Shown here piece after piece: positions 1-12,459 of a stretch of DNA of 64,000 bases. Both the position numbers and the translations under genes were made by a program. Source of the stretch: Zygnema circumcarinatum SAG 698-1b (Eukaryota; Plantae; Zygnematophyceae); contig CM074804.1 of the NCBI GenBank assembly GCA_037447605.1, forward strand, positions 3,821,909 through 3,885,908, given 5' to 3'. Under the pieces are notes generated by a model, which saw only the letters and a list, made by a program, of their open reading frames with translations, was not told the DNA's origin and made no database searches. Numbering within the stretch: position 1 is the stretch's first letter; every line of letters begins with the position of its first letter.

Positions 1-3000
1 AATGCATCGGTCAACGTACGAGAATCTCCTTCTTGCTCTGCACCCGCACTGGCTCCCGCTTCTCGTTCAGTTCAAACCGCAGCTCCGCACTGCTCAACTG
101 CAGGCCTCCGCTCTCCTCCCTTCTCTCTCGCAACTCCTGCTCATTAGAGCCACCCCCCTTCCATGCATTTCAGTCAGATGAGTCAGATTTTGAGGGCAGG
201 GGTGGCAGCCTGCAGCAAAGGGCAAAGGCTAAGTACATACCACAGTGACATAACATTATAGCGCGCAGCAAAAAAAATCTTTCTACTTTATGAACCGTCC
301 TGCTTAAGCAGCATTTGAGAACCATGATAGGAGACCACTGTACCTCAACTATATCACAGTCACGAGGTATAAACTTATATTCACCTGTCTTCCTAGGACA
401 GAGTAGATAAGGATCTTTCTTCAACACCAATCCCTATCTGCAAAAGTTAGTAACTTTGGAGTAATAATCGAACAATGGGCGACCGTGAGCATTAGGGGGA
501 TAGCGATACCTGGGCAAATGCAGCGAGCACAGTCAAATTGTTTTTTACAAACAGCACTTCAGAATCACCTCCCGGCAGCTGCCATTCAGCGGGCAGTTTC
601 TGGTTGTCCAGAATCATTTGAGCTTGCTCATAGACCATCTGCAAAACAGCTAGCGAACAGGGAGTGCAAACGTACCGGACTGTGAATGAGAGGATTTCAG
701 TATGCCACTTTTTGCTGAGCTCATCTGCTAAAAGGACGAGGTGCTAAAAAGTACTAACAGCTTGCCATCACAGACCACATATGCTGACCAATCTTCAGAA
801 TCTAGGATCATTCTGCGAGGTTTCAGTTTCAAAGCCTGTCTACATTCTGATCACAGCACTGCTCTACGCGTTTTCCCAAGCGACAACAGCTCTATATGTG
901 TACAAGCAATAAAGCGACGAGTGACATCTGCACGTTCCCCTGCACCTGGCCAGAGGAGCAGTATGAAAGCTGTGCCCCTATCCCCCTGTGCTCTCTCTAT
1001 GCACCTGATAGCGCGAGAGGATGACCGTGCGGCCGAAGCAGGTCGAAGCGACGCGGAAGCTTCGTTCCGGGTCCACCGTCCAGAGCACGCTGACCGCGAG
1101 GCGCTCTTCGCCGCCGCGCAGAGAACAGAGGTCCTCGCTGCACGGCCCGCCGGACCATTCAGGGGGGGGGGGCAGCTCACTACGGGAGAGAGGAAAGTAT
1201 TTGAGGAGTATTTGAGGTCACATGTGCAGCTTTTTTGGACATGATGATGCATGATGACTTGGCATCATCATCACCTGAGAAGTTCTGGAAGCATGTTCAG
1301 GCGTCGATCCACGAGGTACACAGTTGTGGATCTAGACCGAGCCTCCAAGTCCAGCAGACTGTCGGCCTTTACAAAGTACGATACGTCTGCTATGTGCACG
1401 CCCACCTGACTCAACCCACGCCGCATTTCAGACAAATAACAAAACAAGAAAAGCAACTTTCCATTCTAAACGTGCATCCGTAGGCCGTAAATCCTCCATC
1501 GTAGCAAACGTTGGAGAAGAAGGTAAGCACCTCTATCAGGCCGTTTGGAAGAAAGTGCAGGGAAAGGGCATCGTCCACATCTTTGCTGCCTGGAGGATCA
1601 ATACTGCAAGCCCATCCCAAAGCAAGTCGCAAATCAGTCCAAAAAAGTTGTTAAAGGTCAATTGTCCTTTGGGATGCCTTGCGGCATTGCCTCACTCTCT
1701 GTGAAATTCCATATCCCCACTTAATTGAAAGGCTGCTGTTGGACAACCTGCACGTAAAAAGAAGTTTGCGTAGATCACGGCGTGCTCGCAGTTCTTCCTG
1801 CGGAATTCTCCATGGGGCCTCCGTGGGAAGCTCATTCAGAGCTCTGCCCCCAAACAACAACCCATGTTCAAACCAGCTCTCAAGAATGTCCGTTGATTTT
1901 CAAAACTGGCCAAAGAACAGAGTCCGAAATTGCAGAAGTACGCTTCAAAAAACTCCCGTCTGTTTGTTTGTTTCCCTTTCAGTAAATTCCTCAACTGCTC
2001 CAACTGCCAAATAGCGGGTCCCATATTATACTCGCCGCCTTGTGCAGATCTCAACCGGCACAGTGCATGCAATCCTTGCAACCCTCTCACCCGGCGGTGA
2101 ACGGCGAGTCGATGATCCCATTTTCCACCAGTACGGCGCTGCACTCCGCGCCAAGATCCCCCATGGGGCCCAGAACGCGCACCACGTGGCCATGCGGCAC
2201 TGCGGAGGCGCGCTCCCAGCCGTCGATGCGCAGGACAAAGCGCTGGCCGAATAGGCGCGCGCCTTGGCGCGTGCGAACGCGGACCTGGGCGCTCGGGGAG
2301 GCTCCGTCAGCAACGCACAGGAAGCATTGGCAGCTCAAACAGGTTTCTGTAACAATGTTCAGCTGTAAGCGCGAGGCTACTCAGAATCTGGAAGGCTAAA
2401 CTTGAAGTGACTGCAACTAGGTCATTTGCTACTGCAAAGTTCCCTGTCAGGGTCCGAACTGAGGCAAAGAACGCAAGCATTTCAGCAATGTTTGGGGATA
2501 AGACTGCAAAGAAAGTTGAGGGCCATGAACAAACGGGTCTGTCAATGGCACTGCCTACCATCCCAGATAGATGTGTAGATAATGTATCTCTAAATCGATA
2601 AACACCTGCAGAGGTATTGTTTCGGCTTTACCAAGGGGATGCAACGGTCCATTGGGATGCACAGCAACGCCTCCTGCCTGCAAGAGCAATTGTACCACCA
2701 TGCGGGAAACAACACAAATTAGATCGATTGTGCAGGATGACGCCTGTTCAGACGATTCTCTTTCGGAATTCACAGCATCAGGCATTTTTCTAGAGAGACT
2801 GTCCTCTCTCCTCCGGAACTGCTTCTGGAGGCCACCGCCTTACCGGAGCGATTCTCGTTCTGACAATCTCTGTTCATCGTCCTCCCGCAAACACGCTACA
2901 TAATCTCTCTGTGCTCGCTGTATCACTCTCACTATCTCCCCTGTTGGAACCTTTTGTTCGTGCAGATTTTGATCAGCCTTTAGGAAGTCTTCCTCAGCAT

Positions 3001-6000
3001 CAGCCTCTTCCCACAGGTCCCACGCATCATCCGAGGGAGCTCCCCCAGCGGCGCTGCTCTCCTCCCCCGCCACCTCTCCCTCCGCTCTATTGCCTCTATC
3101 TTTATTTGCTCCCCTCGCCCTCCACTGCGCGGGGGGAAGCACCCGCACCGCTACCACATCTCCCGCAATCGCACGGTTTTGAAGAGTTCGATCGGGTACA
3201 AAGACTTCGCCAAGAGCTGCCTCGCCATGGTTGCTGGAAACACCAGGAAAAAAGGGAGTCATATACGCCATACATTCGTTGGAGACCGTGCTTACCGGTT
3301 CATCCTGGAGAGGAAATACCTCGTTTTTTTAAAACAAATGTGACCTTCCTTTGACATGAGAGTAATGCCAACCCCCGTCTAGCTGCAAAGCTAACCACCA
3401 AGATAGTTGCAAACAGTTTCCTCCATTGTCTTTAAAAAAAAATAATAATATGTGAGGCTTTCTGTAGAAACAAGAAAAGGCTGCCTTTCCTTCAACCTTC
3501 GAGAGAACATACCTCCAACGGACAAACCCTTCCAAGGGAGAGTGGGAAGAGACATGAAATATACCGATTTGAAGAGCGCCCTCTCTCACTCCCTCATCCA
3601 CAGCATGGCCTGCGAGAGTCCAACAAAAAAGGCTCCGCATCAGCAGAGCTGCATCTCCCAAAAACGCGAGCACGTACACACGGAAGATAGCTTCAGTCCG
3701 CCTTTCCAGAAGGTTAAAACATACTCGTCCATACATTTCAAAATTCAAACGAATCGGGACTTCAAAGATAGAAGATCTTCCTCTCGAATCAGCAGACATA
3801 TTGATTTTCCTAGAGCCTTAGATGCTTATCCGTGATATGTCAAATGCAGGAGACGAACCTGGAAGGTGCTCCTTGTACAGCCCTCCGCTTTTGCGTACTT
3901 CTGCAGGAGCCAAAGCTTCCTCAGCAGCGGCAGCCTCCTGAGCTTGAATCTGCCAGCCCAAGTAAAGCGTCTGTAACTGCTTGAGACGCAATAAATCAGG
4001 TCAAAGGAAACGTGCCATTCTTCCCTGCATTTTCACCGCGACATTCAGACATCACAAGAAGAAGGCAGTTGGGATACAAGGAGCAGCAGTGTCAAGAGGA
4101 AAATCAGAAGAGAAGAACGATTGCCTGACTGCAGGAAGTCCACTTCTTGTACGATTCTAAGTTATCAAACTACAATTTCGATCGTAGGAGAAGCTTCTGC
4201 AGATTGCAACCGTACATCTAGCAGGCCTCACAAGAATATAGCACAGAAGCCACATAATGAAGCGGGCAGACTCCGGTACAAGTGGACTGAATTTTGGCCG
4301 AGTGGCCCCCACCAGCGAGTCATGGAGCTCCATCACGCTGCGGTCCTCGCCCCAATATCGTTGAAAGTATTGGGAACTGCCCATCAACTGCGAAGCCATG
4401 CGACCAGTAACAATACATGAACCCCATCTGAAACCTATACACGAGTTGCGATATTTCTTAAGCTGAAACGGAATGGTTTGTACCCAAAGTCTGCCATGAA
4501 ACCTCCACAGTACCAACAAATTACCTTCACTCCGGTAGGCAAACAGTCCTGTGATTGGGTTGGTTCCAAGTTAAGCGCAGCCATAGGCTCGAGAAGGCCA
4601 TTTAGCTCTCCCTCAATGGACGTCTTAGGCGGCTCATATTCATATTCATTAGACACGATAACAATCTCCGCCTTCCCATTCAAATGTCTTGCAAACCATT
4701 CAGCAGCAACCTGTAGTTCTGCCACAAAGCCCTCCAAAACAGCATAGTCAGAGTTACCAACGTGAGAAGAACAGCCTATAGCTCCAAAAGCAACTGCAGC
4801 CAGTGAGTCATATGAATAAGGCCAACATGTTTAGACAATTGACAGTTCGGAAAGTTCGCCTTGCTATCAATTACGAACATTCATCGGGCCTGATGAGTTA
4901 GCAAGCACCTACTCTGTTGCCTGTAAAACAACTTTCCCTTATCACCACTTGCTGCTACGCCCTTATTCTTTGTAAAAGATTTAGTAAAGCCCTTCAGGTG
5001 CTCTCGTTGCATTCGCCAAATGCCGGCATGGTGTTGGTCGTCAAAGAAGAGATTTTGCCTTCGAGGGTCACTATACAAAGCCCTGCAAGGAAGTAGGGTA
5101 ATGAAGTGTCTCAGGAAGTCACGAAAAATAAAACAAGCAAAGAACTGAGTCGTCGTTCGTGGTACTTTTAAGCACTCCGACGATATGTCAGGACAGAGAA
5201 TTAGGGGTCAACGTCCAACTCCAGAGACCAGTGATTTGAAATGCCTAGCGGCAAAGGGAGAGCAGGCCACAACCTTTCATCATTAGCTCATTGACATGCG
5301 CTTGACACGGATGGACTATGGGAGTTCTACGTTTTTTTAATTTTTTTGTGGGGTAAACTCCATTAATGATTCAAACACCAGCTATCTACTCATTCATGCC
5401 AGTGCTTTTCCATTTGCTTTAAGCTTCAGCAAAGTTATCAACAGGCTAGGCCTTACCTGAGCCTGCTGTAGGTACGCTGGTTGCCTCTTTCATGAACCTA
5501 ACCACAGCAAATCCTGCAATGGTGAGAGGAATAAACTTCTTTCCTACATTTCTTCGACTCCCGATCACCAGCCAGATTCATCAAAGAGACACAGGTCAAA
5601 AGGAGGAGGGGACTGTTGCAGCTCAAATGACTAACAGCTTCATTTGCGATATTGACAAGGCCTACATCACTCTTTATCTCTCCCACCCTATCTACCTAGA
5701 ATCCCCTCTCCCCCATCCTCACTCTCTATCCCTTCCCGTACTCCATGCCCCCCTCACCCCCTGCCCCTCGTCTCGCATGCCCACTTTCTCCCCTCAACTC
5801 CCAATCAACCTGTCCCTCCTCGCCCCCTCGCCCCTTCCATTCTCCCTTTTTCCTCCCGTCGCCTTTCCTTTTCATCCCCCTCCCTCCCACCCCCCTTACC
5901 CCTGTCCCTCCCACCTCCCCCAACACCCGCCGCCTCCTCTCTTCCTTCCCTCCTTGGTTTCAACTCCCCTTCCCAATTTCCCCCCCTCTCAGCCCTCCCC

Positions 6001-6814
6001 CCTTTCCCTGTCCCCCTGCTCCCTCCTCCCTCCTCCTTCACCCTCCACCCTCCCGCTGGCTTTACAAATGGCCATAGCAGCATGGAACACGGTAGGAACA
6101 AAGTTGAGCAATACTTACATCTTGCACAACTGATGCCAGGTAAATGACGCCTATCAATTGGGGAAGCTCCAGAAGTTCCAAATAGTCCAAAATGGCTTTC
6201 GCATCGGGAATCTACATACATAACAGGAGGAGAAGTTCCAATTGTCGAATGTTTTCTTGACAATGACAGAAGCAAGGGTAAACAGTCTCATGGACAAATT
6301 GTCGATCAAACAGATAAAATCTGCTTGACTTTTGGAGCTGACCACTCCAGTGTAGCTTTGGGAGGCCTACACCCCGCGATGTTCTAAAGGGGAAATGGAC
6401 TAAAACCGCAAGCCCTCTCTCCTCATAGTTCTCATGCTCATACGGAAAGAGAAGGAAAGCAAAAAGGGCAATATAAAAACAGGAAGGGAATGAACAGGGA
6501 GCGGAGAAAAGAAAGTAGAAGCACAAACTAGAAAGGGAATTCCACTCGAAGAAATAAAAATACGTGGGCAAAGGACGGACCGAGAAAAAGGGAAGAAAAA
6601 AAGGGAGAGAATCAAAGGCGAAATCAAGCAGCGGTACAACCTCAAATGCCAGCTGCATTACCAGGTAATGGGATGTTGCCGGAAGTCGAGGTCTCTCTTG
6701 AGAGCATATGTCGCAGATTGCAGAGCTGCAACCTAAGTCATCCCTCAGGTAATGTTCATGGACGAGAGCGACAATGCTTCCAGTTCTCTTCCTCGTTTTG
6801 GCTTCCCTTGTAGC
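1..6814 (-). CDS. DIS3L: DIS3/RRP44-family exosome-associated exoribonuclease (CR3-PIN-CSD-RNB), DIS3L1-like; about 17 exons seen; 3' end continues beyond position 1; true start codon probably in an upstream exon within about 6860-7200 (not resolved)
   Basis: Spliced translation gives CR3 [20 protein letters not shown]; PIN start SHYL|[25 protein letters not shown]; [18 protein letters not shown]...[17 protein letters not shown]; [27 protein letters not shown]; RNB catalytic TC|[26 protein letters not shown]...[17 protein letters not shown]|SEDLCSL...[11 protein letters not shown]|MVYEQAQ. Exons are bounded by GT-AG. Confidence 0.93.
5690..6055. repeat. Low-complexity C/T-rich tract (G/A-rich on the sense strand) inside a DIS3L intron
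   Basis: Direct reading: about 360 bp almost entirely of C and T runs on the + strand. Confidence 0.85.
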
Positions 6815-8067
6815 CTGTGCGAACAGTAATGCGGCAATGAAGCAAGTGCACATCAACTATATTATTAGTCGCAGAAAACCCTGATTAGAAAGGCAACAAA
6901 TTCCCTGCATTTCCGTGCAAGCCTTGTTTCGGTCCCGACCCAAGGAGGAGAGGCACCGCTCGAAGATAATCACACACCTCTTGATCATTGCAAGAGCACC
7001 AAAACTCGGCTTCGTAAAAAGGACATCGTCGTGACTACTAAACACCTCCCTTCCCTGGGCTGCATGGGGGGCACGCTTGAGCAGACTCTTGCCCGGTTTT
7101 GCACAATAGTCTTTCTTTTGCTTCTGATAGCACAAATCGCAATTCAAATCACTCAAACGCTTGTCTATGCAGCTGGCATCAGCTGAAATTGTCAAAAAAT
7201 GGCTGATTCGTCATTAAGTCACGTTTCAAAATGACAACTGTTACTTTTCAGCTATGTTTTGTGCAATTTTTAATTGTTGATGTGAGGGGCTCTTCAAGAT
7301 GAACTCATGCCCAATAGAATGCGATGTAAATCTTAAAGAGTTTAACCCGTGCTATATACACTCTCTAAAGAGCAATTTCAGAGGAATTCTTTTGTCAACA
7401 CCTTCAATGAAGTTCCTTGTGAAGCAATTCCTCTGTCTGGACTTTATCTGATTTATGAGTTTGTTTGTCCGAGAGAAAGTGCAAAGTACAGAGTGTAGAA
7501 CGTTCCATTGTCCGATGATATGTTCAATTTTTCTGATGTGAAAGCACAAGACGTTTTTATAGTTCAAATATGATATCATATTCTAAAACGTCACGAAATA
7601 TTAGCTTAATTTTTCGCAAACACTATTTTGCAATGCTCAAACTTTGGCAAATATTGATATTGGAGATGTTCCGGTGGAAGGCCTCCGCGTCAATGCTGAA
7701 CAAAAGACTATCTTCAAGCGATTAAACAACATTAACAGCATTATCCTGAACTTATGCGATACGCTTTGCTTCTGAAGCTTATTTTTTCGAATGGAAATCC
7801 TTGGAACGCACATATTTGCCAACAATTCCTGCCATGTCGAAGAAAATGCCACCCAGCTCCTCCCTCACAGAGACGAGAAGTAGCCGCGCTTCTCCCTTGC
7901 AGAACGATGCTCCACAGAGAGGATAGATAGGAAGCAGTTGAGCTCCGAGTGCTAACGATGAATAGAAGGCATCTTAAGCGAAACAGAGAAGTACTGTTGA
8001 CGGAGCGTCAAGGACAGCGATGAAGTGAAAAGCGAAGGGCAAGCCTGCCGGGGAGGCCTTATTCAGC

Positions 8068-11000
8068 ATGGGAAATGGCCGGGAAAGTCTGCTTTTGGAG
8101 AAGCATCGTGAGTATATCAAGGGGTTAGACAAGGTGAGATGCAGTGCTGCGTTGCAGCAGGTGTCTGTTTGTATCGATGTATTGCCAGATGAGTTGTTTG
8201 GTTGAAAATTCTGTGTAGTTACTCGTCTTGAAACTACGAGGAAAGATTGACCGATTTCATGGCGTAAAGGTTAAGTTCAAATTTTCTTGAAAAGGTAGTG
8301 AATGCCCTAATATCGGTCATCTCTTCGATTTATGCCGATGTGATACAATTGACTACAATAGATAATCAACCTTGCTACTAATTGACAAGCACAGCAATTT
8401 GAATATGCCCGTTAGAGGTCAATCGCCTGAAGCATTCAATCAACCTCAAGTAAAAGCATAGATGCTGCTTTCTTGCTACTAAGCTGGGAGTACATGATAT
8501 GCAAGAAATGTATAAGGAAAGACACAGCTGATAGAATGAACAAGCATGCAGGAAGATTGAGACGATCTGTATCTCTTAGGTTGTAGACTATTTTCAATCG
8601 TTTGCAACTGGTAGTTGACAAATCGAAACCTAGAAACACAACGTAATCTGGTCTGCCGTATGCGATTGTTTCCGCAACCACCTCGATTCTAAGATTCACA
8701 TGAAACGAATATTTAGTTGGCAGTGCTGCGCCTTTGTAAATGAAACTAATATGGAAACTGGATTGTGGAAAAATTGTAAGCGTAAAAGCTGGTTGAATGG
8801 CTTAGCTGGCCGGGGTTGTCCGAAGAGATGCTTGAATGCAAGTTTTGCTTTGAACATTTCTGTTTACGATGGGAGATAGCTAGCAGCTGCCTGTGAAAAC
8901 AGAACATTTTTCAGGGGCTGGCTGCATTGTTTGAACCTGATGCAGAAAACAGAAGTGGTGGAATATGTGATGACGGAACATCTCAGAATGAGTGGTGCCT
9001 ATTGGGGATTAACGGCCATGGCTCTCATGGACAGCCTGGAAGAAATGGAGGAAAGTCGAGTGATTGACTGGGTACTGCGTTGCAGACATTCAAATGGTGC
9101 GATTCCGATTTACGAAAATTAGTCTACAGTTGGACTTCTTGTGGGATGCACGTAACATCTTGGCTTGAGTGTAAAGGGTTTCGTAAGTCTCGGTACACCT
9201 GCAAGTGATAAAGCCGGAAGTGCGGATTGTGATGTGTAAACTGGTTCGAGTTTCAGCATTGGTTAATCCGGTCATGGCAATTTTTTTGTGGGGTTGTTTA
9301 ACTCTGGAGCATCTCTGAAGCTGCCAAACGGCCGTAAACGAAGTAACTGAGAGCGGACATGCCTTGGCAGGTGGTTTCAGTGGGAACATAAATCATGACC
9401 CCCATATCTTGTATACACTAAGTGCAGTCCAGATTTTGGCTTTATTTGACAAGTTGCATCTTATAGACTCGGACGAGATCGCATCATGTATCCTATTCAA
9501 ACCCCACAAGTTTAGCACCATCCGCACTGAGCCATTGAGTCACGTTTTTGAGTGTGACTGCACGTTGTGGTACTGTTAATTGGCATGGAAACTGTCTCTG
9601 TTGGCACTGCTAGAATCGTTTTTTGTTTTTTTCAAGTCAGGGTTATTTCTATTCCATGAACCTGCTAGTGTACTTTCCAGCCCTTGTTTAACATTATGAT
9701 GAACTAGCCCTTCAAAATGAAGCTTTCGCCACTGATCACAAAGCTTCAGTCGCATTTTGTTCTAACTTTTTCCTTGCAATTTTATCTCCTCTCTATGACA
9801 TATGCAGAATGCAATGGGATTCGGCCGTGATCTTTTTGGTTGTTTCATTCAGAACGCAGCATTCCTTAACTTGTTACTGACAGATATAGCTTCTCTCCAG
9901 CAGGATGACGGGTCCTTTGCGGGCGACGAATGGGGTGAGATCGACACAAGGTGTGTTTGTCGTCATTGCTTGCAGTTCTGTCAGCTTTGAACCCTCTCCC
10001 CAAAGTCGATGTATGATATGAGGAGGATTGTTCAGCGAGTGAATTATTGGACTTCTAGACCGGAAAGGGCAGTTTGCATCAGGATGCTGCTGACCAGTTC
10101 AGCGGTTAGACTGCTCAACCTCTGGAATCGTGTATTTGTGAGCCGTTTTGCTGGCGGATGTCATGCAGGGAGCTTTCTAGCCCATTTCATTTTTATGTTG
10201 ACCTTTGCCGAAATATTGTAAAATCCTGTGCACAGGTTCTCCTATTGTGCAATCTCGTGCCTGGCTCTAATTGATAGACTCGACCGCATCAACTTGAAGC
10301 GGGCCACAGACTTCATTGCAAGCTGCAAGAATTTCGATGGCGGTTTTGGGTCAGTCCCAGGAGGTGAATCACATGCAGGGCAAAGTATGTTTTTTTCTCC
10401 TTTTCAAACTCCTTCCCCTTCTGTCTTTCTCTCTCCGTCCCTTCCGTTTCCCCATCTTGTTCTTCCACTCCCCTTTCTAATTTCCTGCTTCCTGTTCGTG
10501 CTTGTATTTGTGTGTTCCTTCGCCACTGGCTCTTGTGTCAGGTTTCTGTTTGATGGTCATCGCAGTTACGTTCAATCTTTATCCACTGCTTTGTAAGGTT
10601 AATGCGGCCAGAAGATGTAGATGTGGATTGCAGTGTCTTGACTGCGGCTATATTTAGTGGGCTTATACTGCAAATGCAGAATGGAAGCTCACTCTAGCTG
10701 TGTTCAGAGAGCAGAACTAAGTGCGCCCATTACAGCATTCGACGGAGCCTGTACGGGTTCACCTCTATGTCACGTCTGTGTCGGAGGGTGCGCACATGTT
10801 GTTGCAATGCTATGTATTGGAGTGGACTATCAGGTGGTTTATCTCTCGTATTACATGTCCTTTGGAGCAGAGAAAGTTGTTGCCCGGAGTCCATGACATT
10901 TATGTTCTGTCCATAAGAGTTGCTCGCGAACGAACCTTGTAATGCGCTGAGTTTCAGCATTTATTGAGGAGAAGGCCAGACTGCTTTAGTTGCTTCAGTT

Positions 11001-12459
11001 CTTTCAAAGGTAGTACTGGAATAGTTTCGTTCTGTGCTCCTGCATGAACCAACTCACTTCTAACCTTTAAGAAACGAATGGACAAGTCCATACTTCTGTC
11101 TGTATTCTCAACCACCCTGTATGCGTTGCTTGGATTGCTTTCTGTGTCTGGGAACAAGCCAGTCTTCTGCTGCGTGGGAGCGCTGGCCATAGCCGGAGCC
11201 CTTCACCACGTGGACCACGACTTGTTGGGTTGGTGGCTGGCGGAGCGCCAAGTCCCTGATGGAGGACTGAACGGACGGCCGGAGAAAAAGCCCGATGTGA
11301 GCTCTGTTCTGCATTGGAATCAGCTTGGGCACTTTCTGCAGTGAGACCAGTGAAGAGCTGAAGTGAGCACTATCCTGTTTGAGACCTGCGAGAATCTTGA
11401 TGGAAGCACTTTCAAGCATCTGCTGCCAGCTGCGCATTTTTCTGTACATATCACTTTCCGGCATCGCATCTGCTCTGTTCTGGCCCTTTCGGCTTGGACT
11501 TCTGTGGGAGGTTTCTCCGCATAGTGGTAGTCCGGGTTGAGGACCAGATAGCAGGAAGACACTGTCATTCTCTCTTAAGCCCAGCTGGCAGTCCTTCAGT
11601 TATTAATCAATCTCATTTTAGTGGCATGTTTTCATGTTTTACAAATTGAATGGCTGAGTCGGGTTAATCATCCTGGTGCTTGTATCACCAGCATGGTCTA
11701 TTTAAGCTCTGGTTGGTCAAGCTTGTTTTTATGAAATAACTAGAATATGCAGCCCTCAAGTATCTGGGGCATGCAAACCTGATGCTGAAAGCTCACCTTG
11801 TGTTTGCAGGTTTGCTACTCGTGGTGGGTGCTTTCTTGTCTCTCTATATTGGATCGATTACATTGGATAGACAACACTCGCCTGCAGCACTTTATCTTGG
11901 ACTGCCAGGTGTGCGGCCCCACTTGTGCCTCGTCTCCACTTTTCCTCCCTTGTTTTGAGCTCTCTTATGCAAGATGCTACCTTGTTTGCTCGAGAGTAGA
12001 CCTTGTATACAAGGCATGCAGAGCAACCGTATGCGCCAATTCTCACGGAAGCCTTGTGGCGGATGGCAGGATGAAGAACGTGGAGGGATTTCGGACAGGC
12101 CAGATGACATGGTGGACGTCTTCCACACCTTCTTTGGAATAGCAGGCGAGCTTCGTGATCGCCAAACTCTCTAATCAGATGCTTCCCCAATAACGCAATG
12201 CGAGAAAAAATTTCATCCATAATGCAGCACATCGATTGACACCATACGTAACTCGTCAACAGTTTTAGCTTTCCGACAAGCGCTACAGCACTCCCCTTTA
12301 TTGTTGCTGCACTGCTGGTCTGACCCTGCCTCTGCTGCCACAGGTCTCGCTCTATTGGGCCACCCGGCGCTCAAGCCAGTGGACCCCGCCTTCGCTCTCC
12401 CTGTGCACGTTATCAATCGCATCTTTCGGCAGAGGGCTGCGGCGTCAGACAAGAGCTAA
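8068..12459 (+). CDS. RABGGTB: Rab geranylgeranyltransferase (GGTase-II) beta subunit, 9 exons
   Basis: [22 protein letters not shown]|[25 protein letters not shown]...|[23 protein letters not shown]...|[23 protein letters not shown]|FSYCAISCL...[15 protein letters not shown]|FCCVGALAI...[22 protein letters not shown]|VCYSWWVLS...|[25 protein letters not shown]|[21 protein letters not shown]...*. These are prenyltransferase repeats. Confidence 0.97.
9488..9883 (+). other. Probable U12-type (minor spliceosome) GT-AG intron in RABGGTB
   Basis: Donor GTATCCTAT at 9488; branch point TTCCTTAAC at 9862-9870, 13 nt before the AG at 9882-9883; splicing restores S-Y-I-A-S-L-Q. Confidence 0.75.
12146..12343 (+). 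other. GC-AG intron (last intron of RABGGTB)
   Basis: Exon ends GGA ATA GCA G|GCGAGC; acceptor CACAG|GT CTC GCT; splicing gives the conserved FGIAGLALL. Confidence 0.75.

Noticed and set aside
5189-5284. Possible intronic C/D-box snoRNA (ATGATGA...CTGA on the - strand); similar short pair at 9695-9735
   Set aside because: No terminal stem, no C'/D' boxes and no rRNA-complementary guide that I could recognise.
6857-7195. 112-aa ORF as the first coding exon of DIS3L
   Set aside because: The obvious donor (AAGAG|GTGTGT, phase 2) does not match the phase-0 acceptor at 6814, so the start is left unresolved.
7200-7850. AT-rich block between the divergent DIS3L and RABGGTB genes as a foreign or TE insert
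   Set aside because: No TIR, TSD or recognisable coding remnant; consistent with ordinary promoter DNA.
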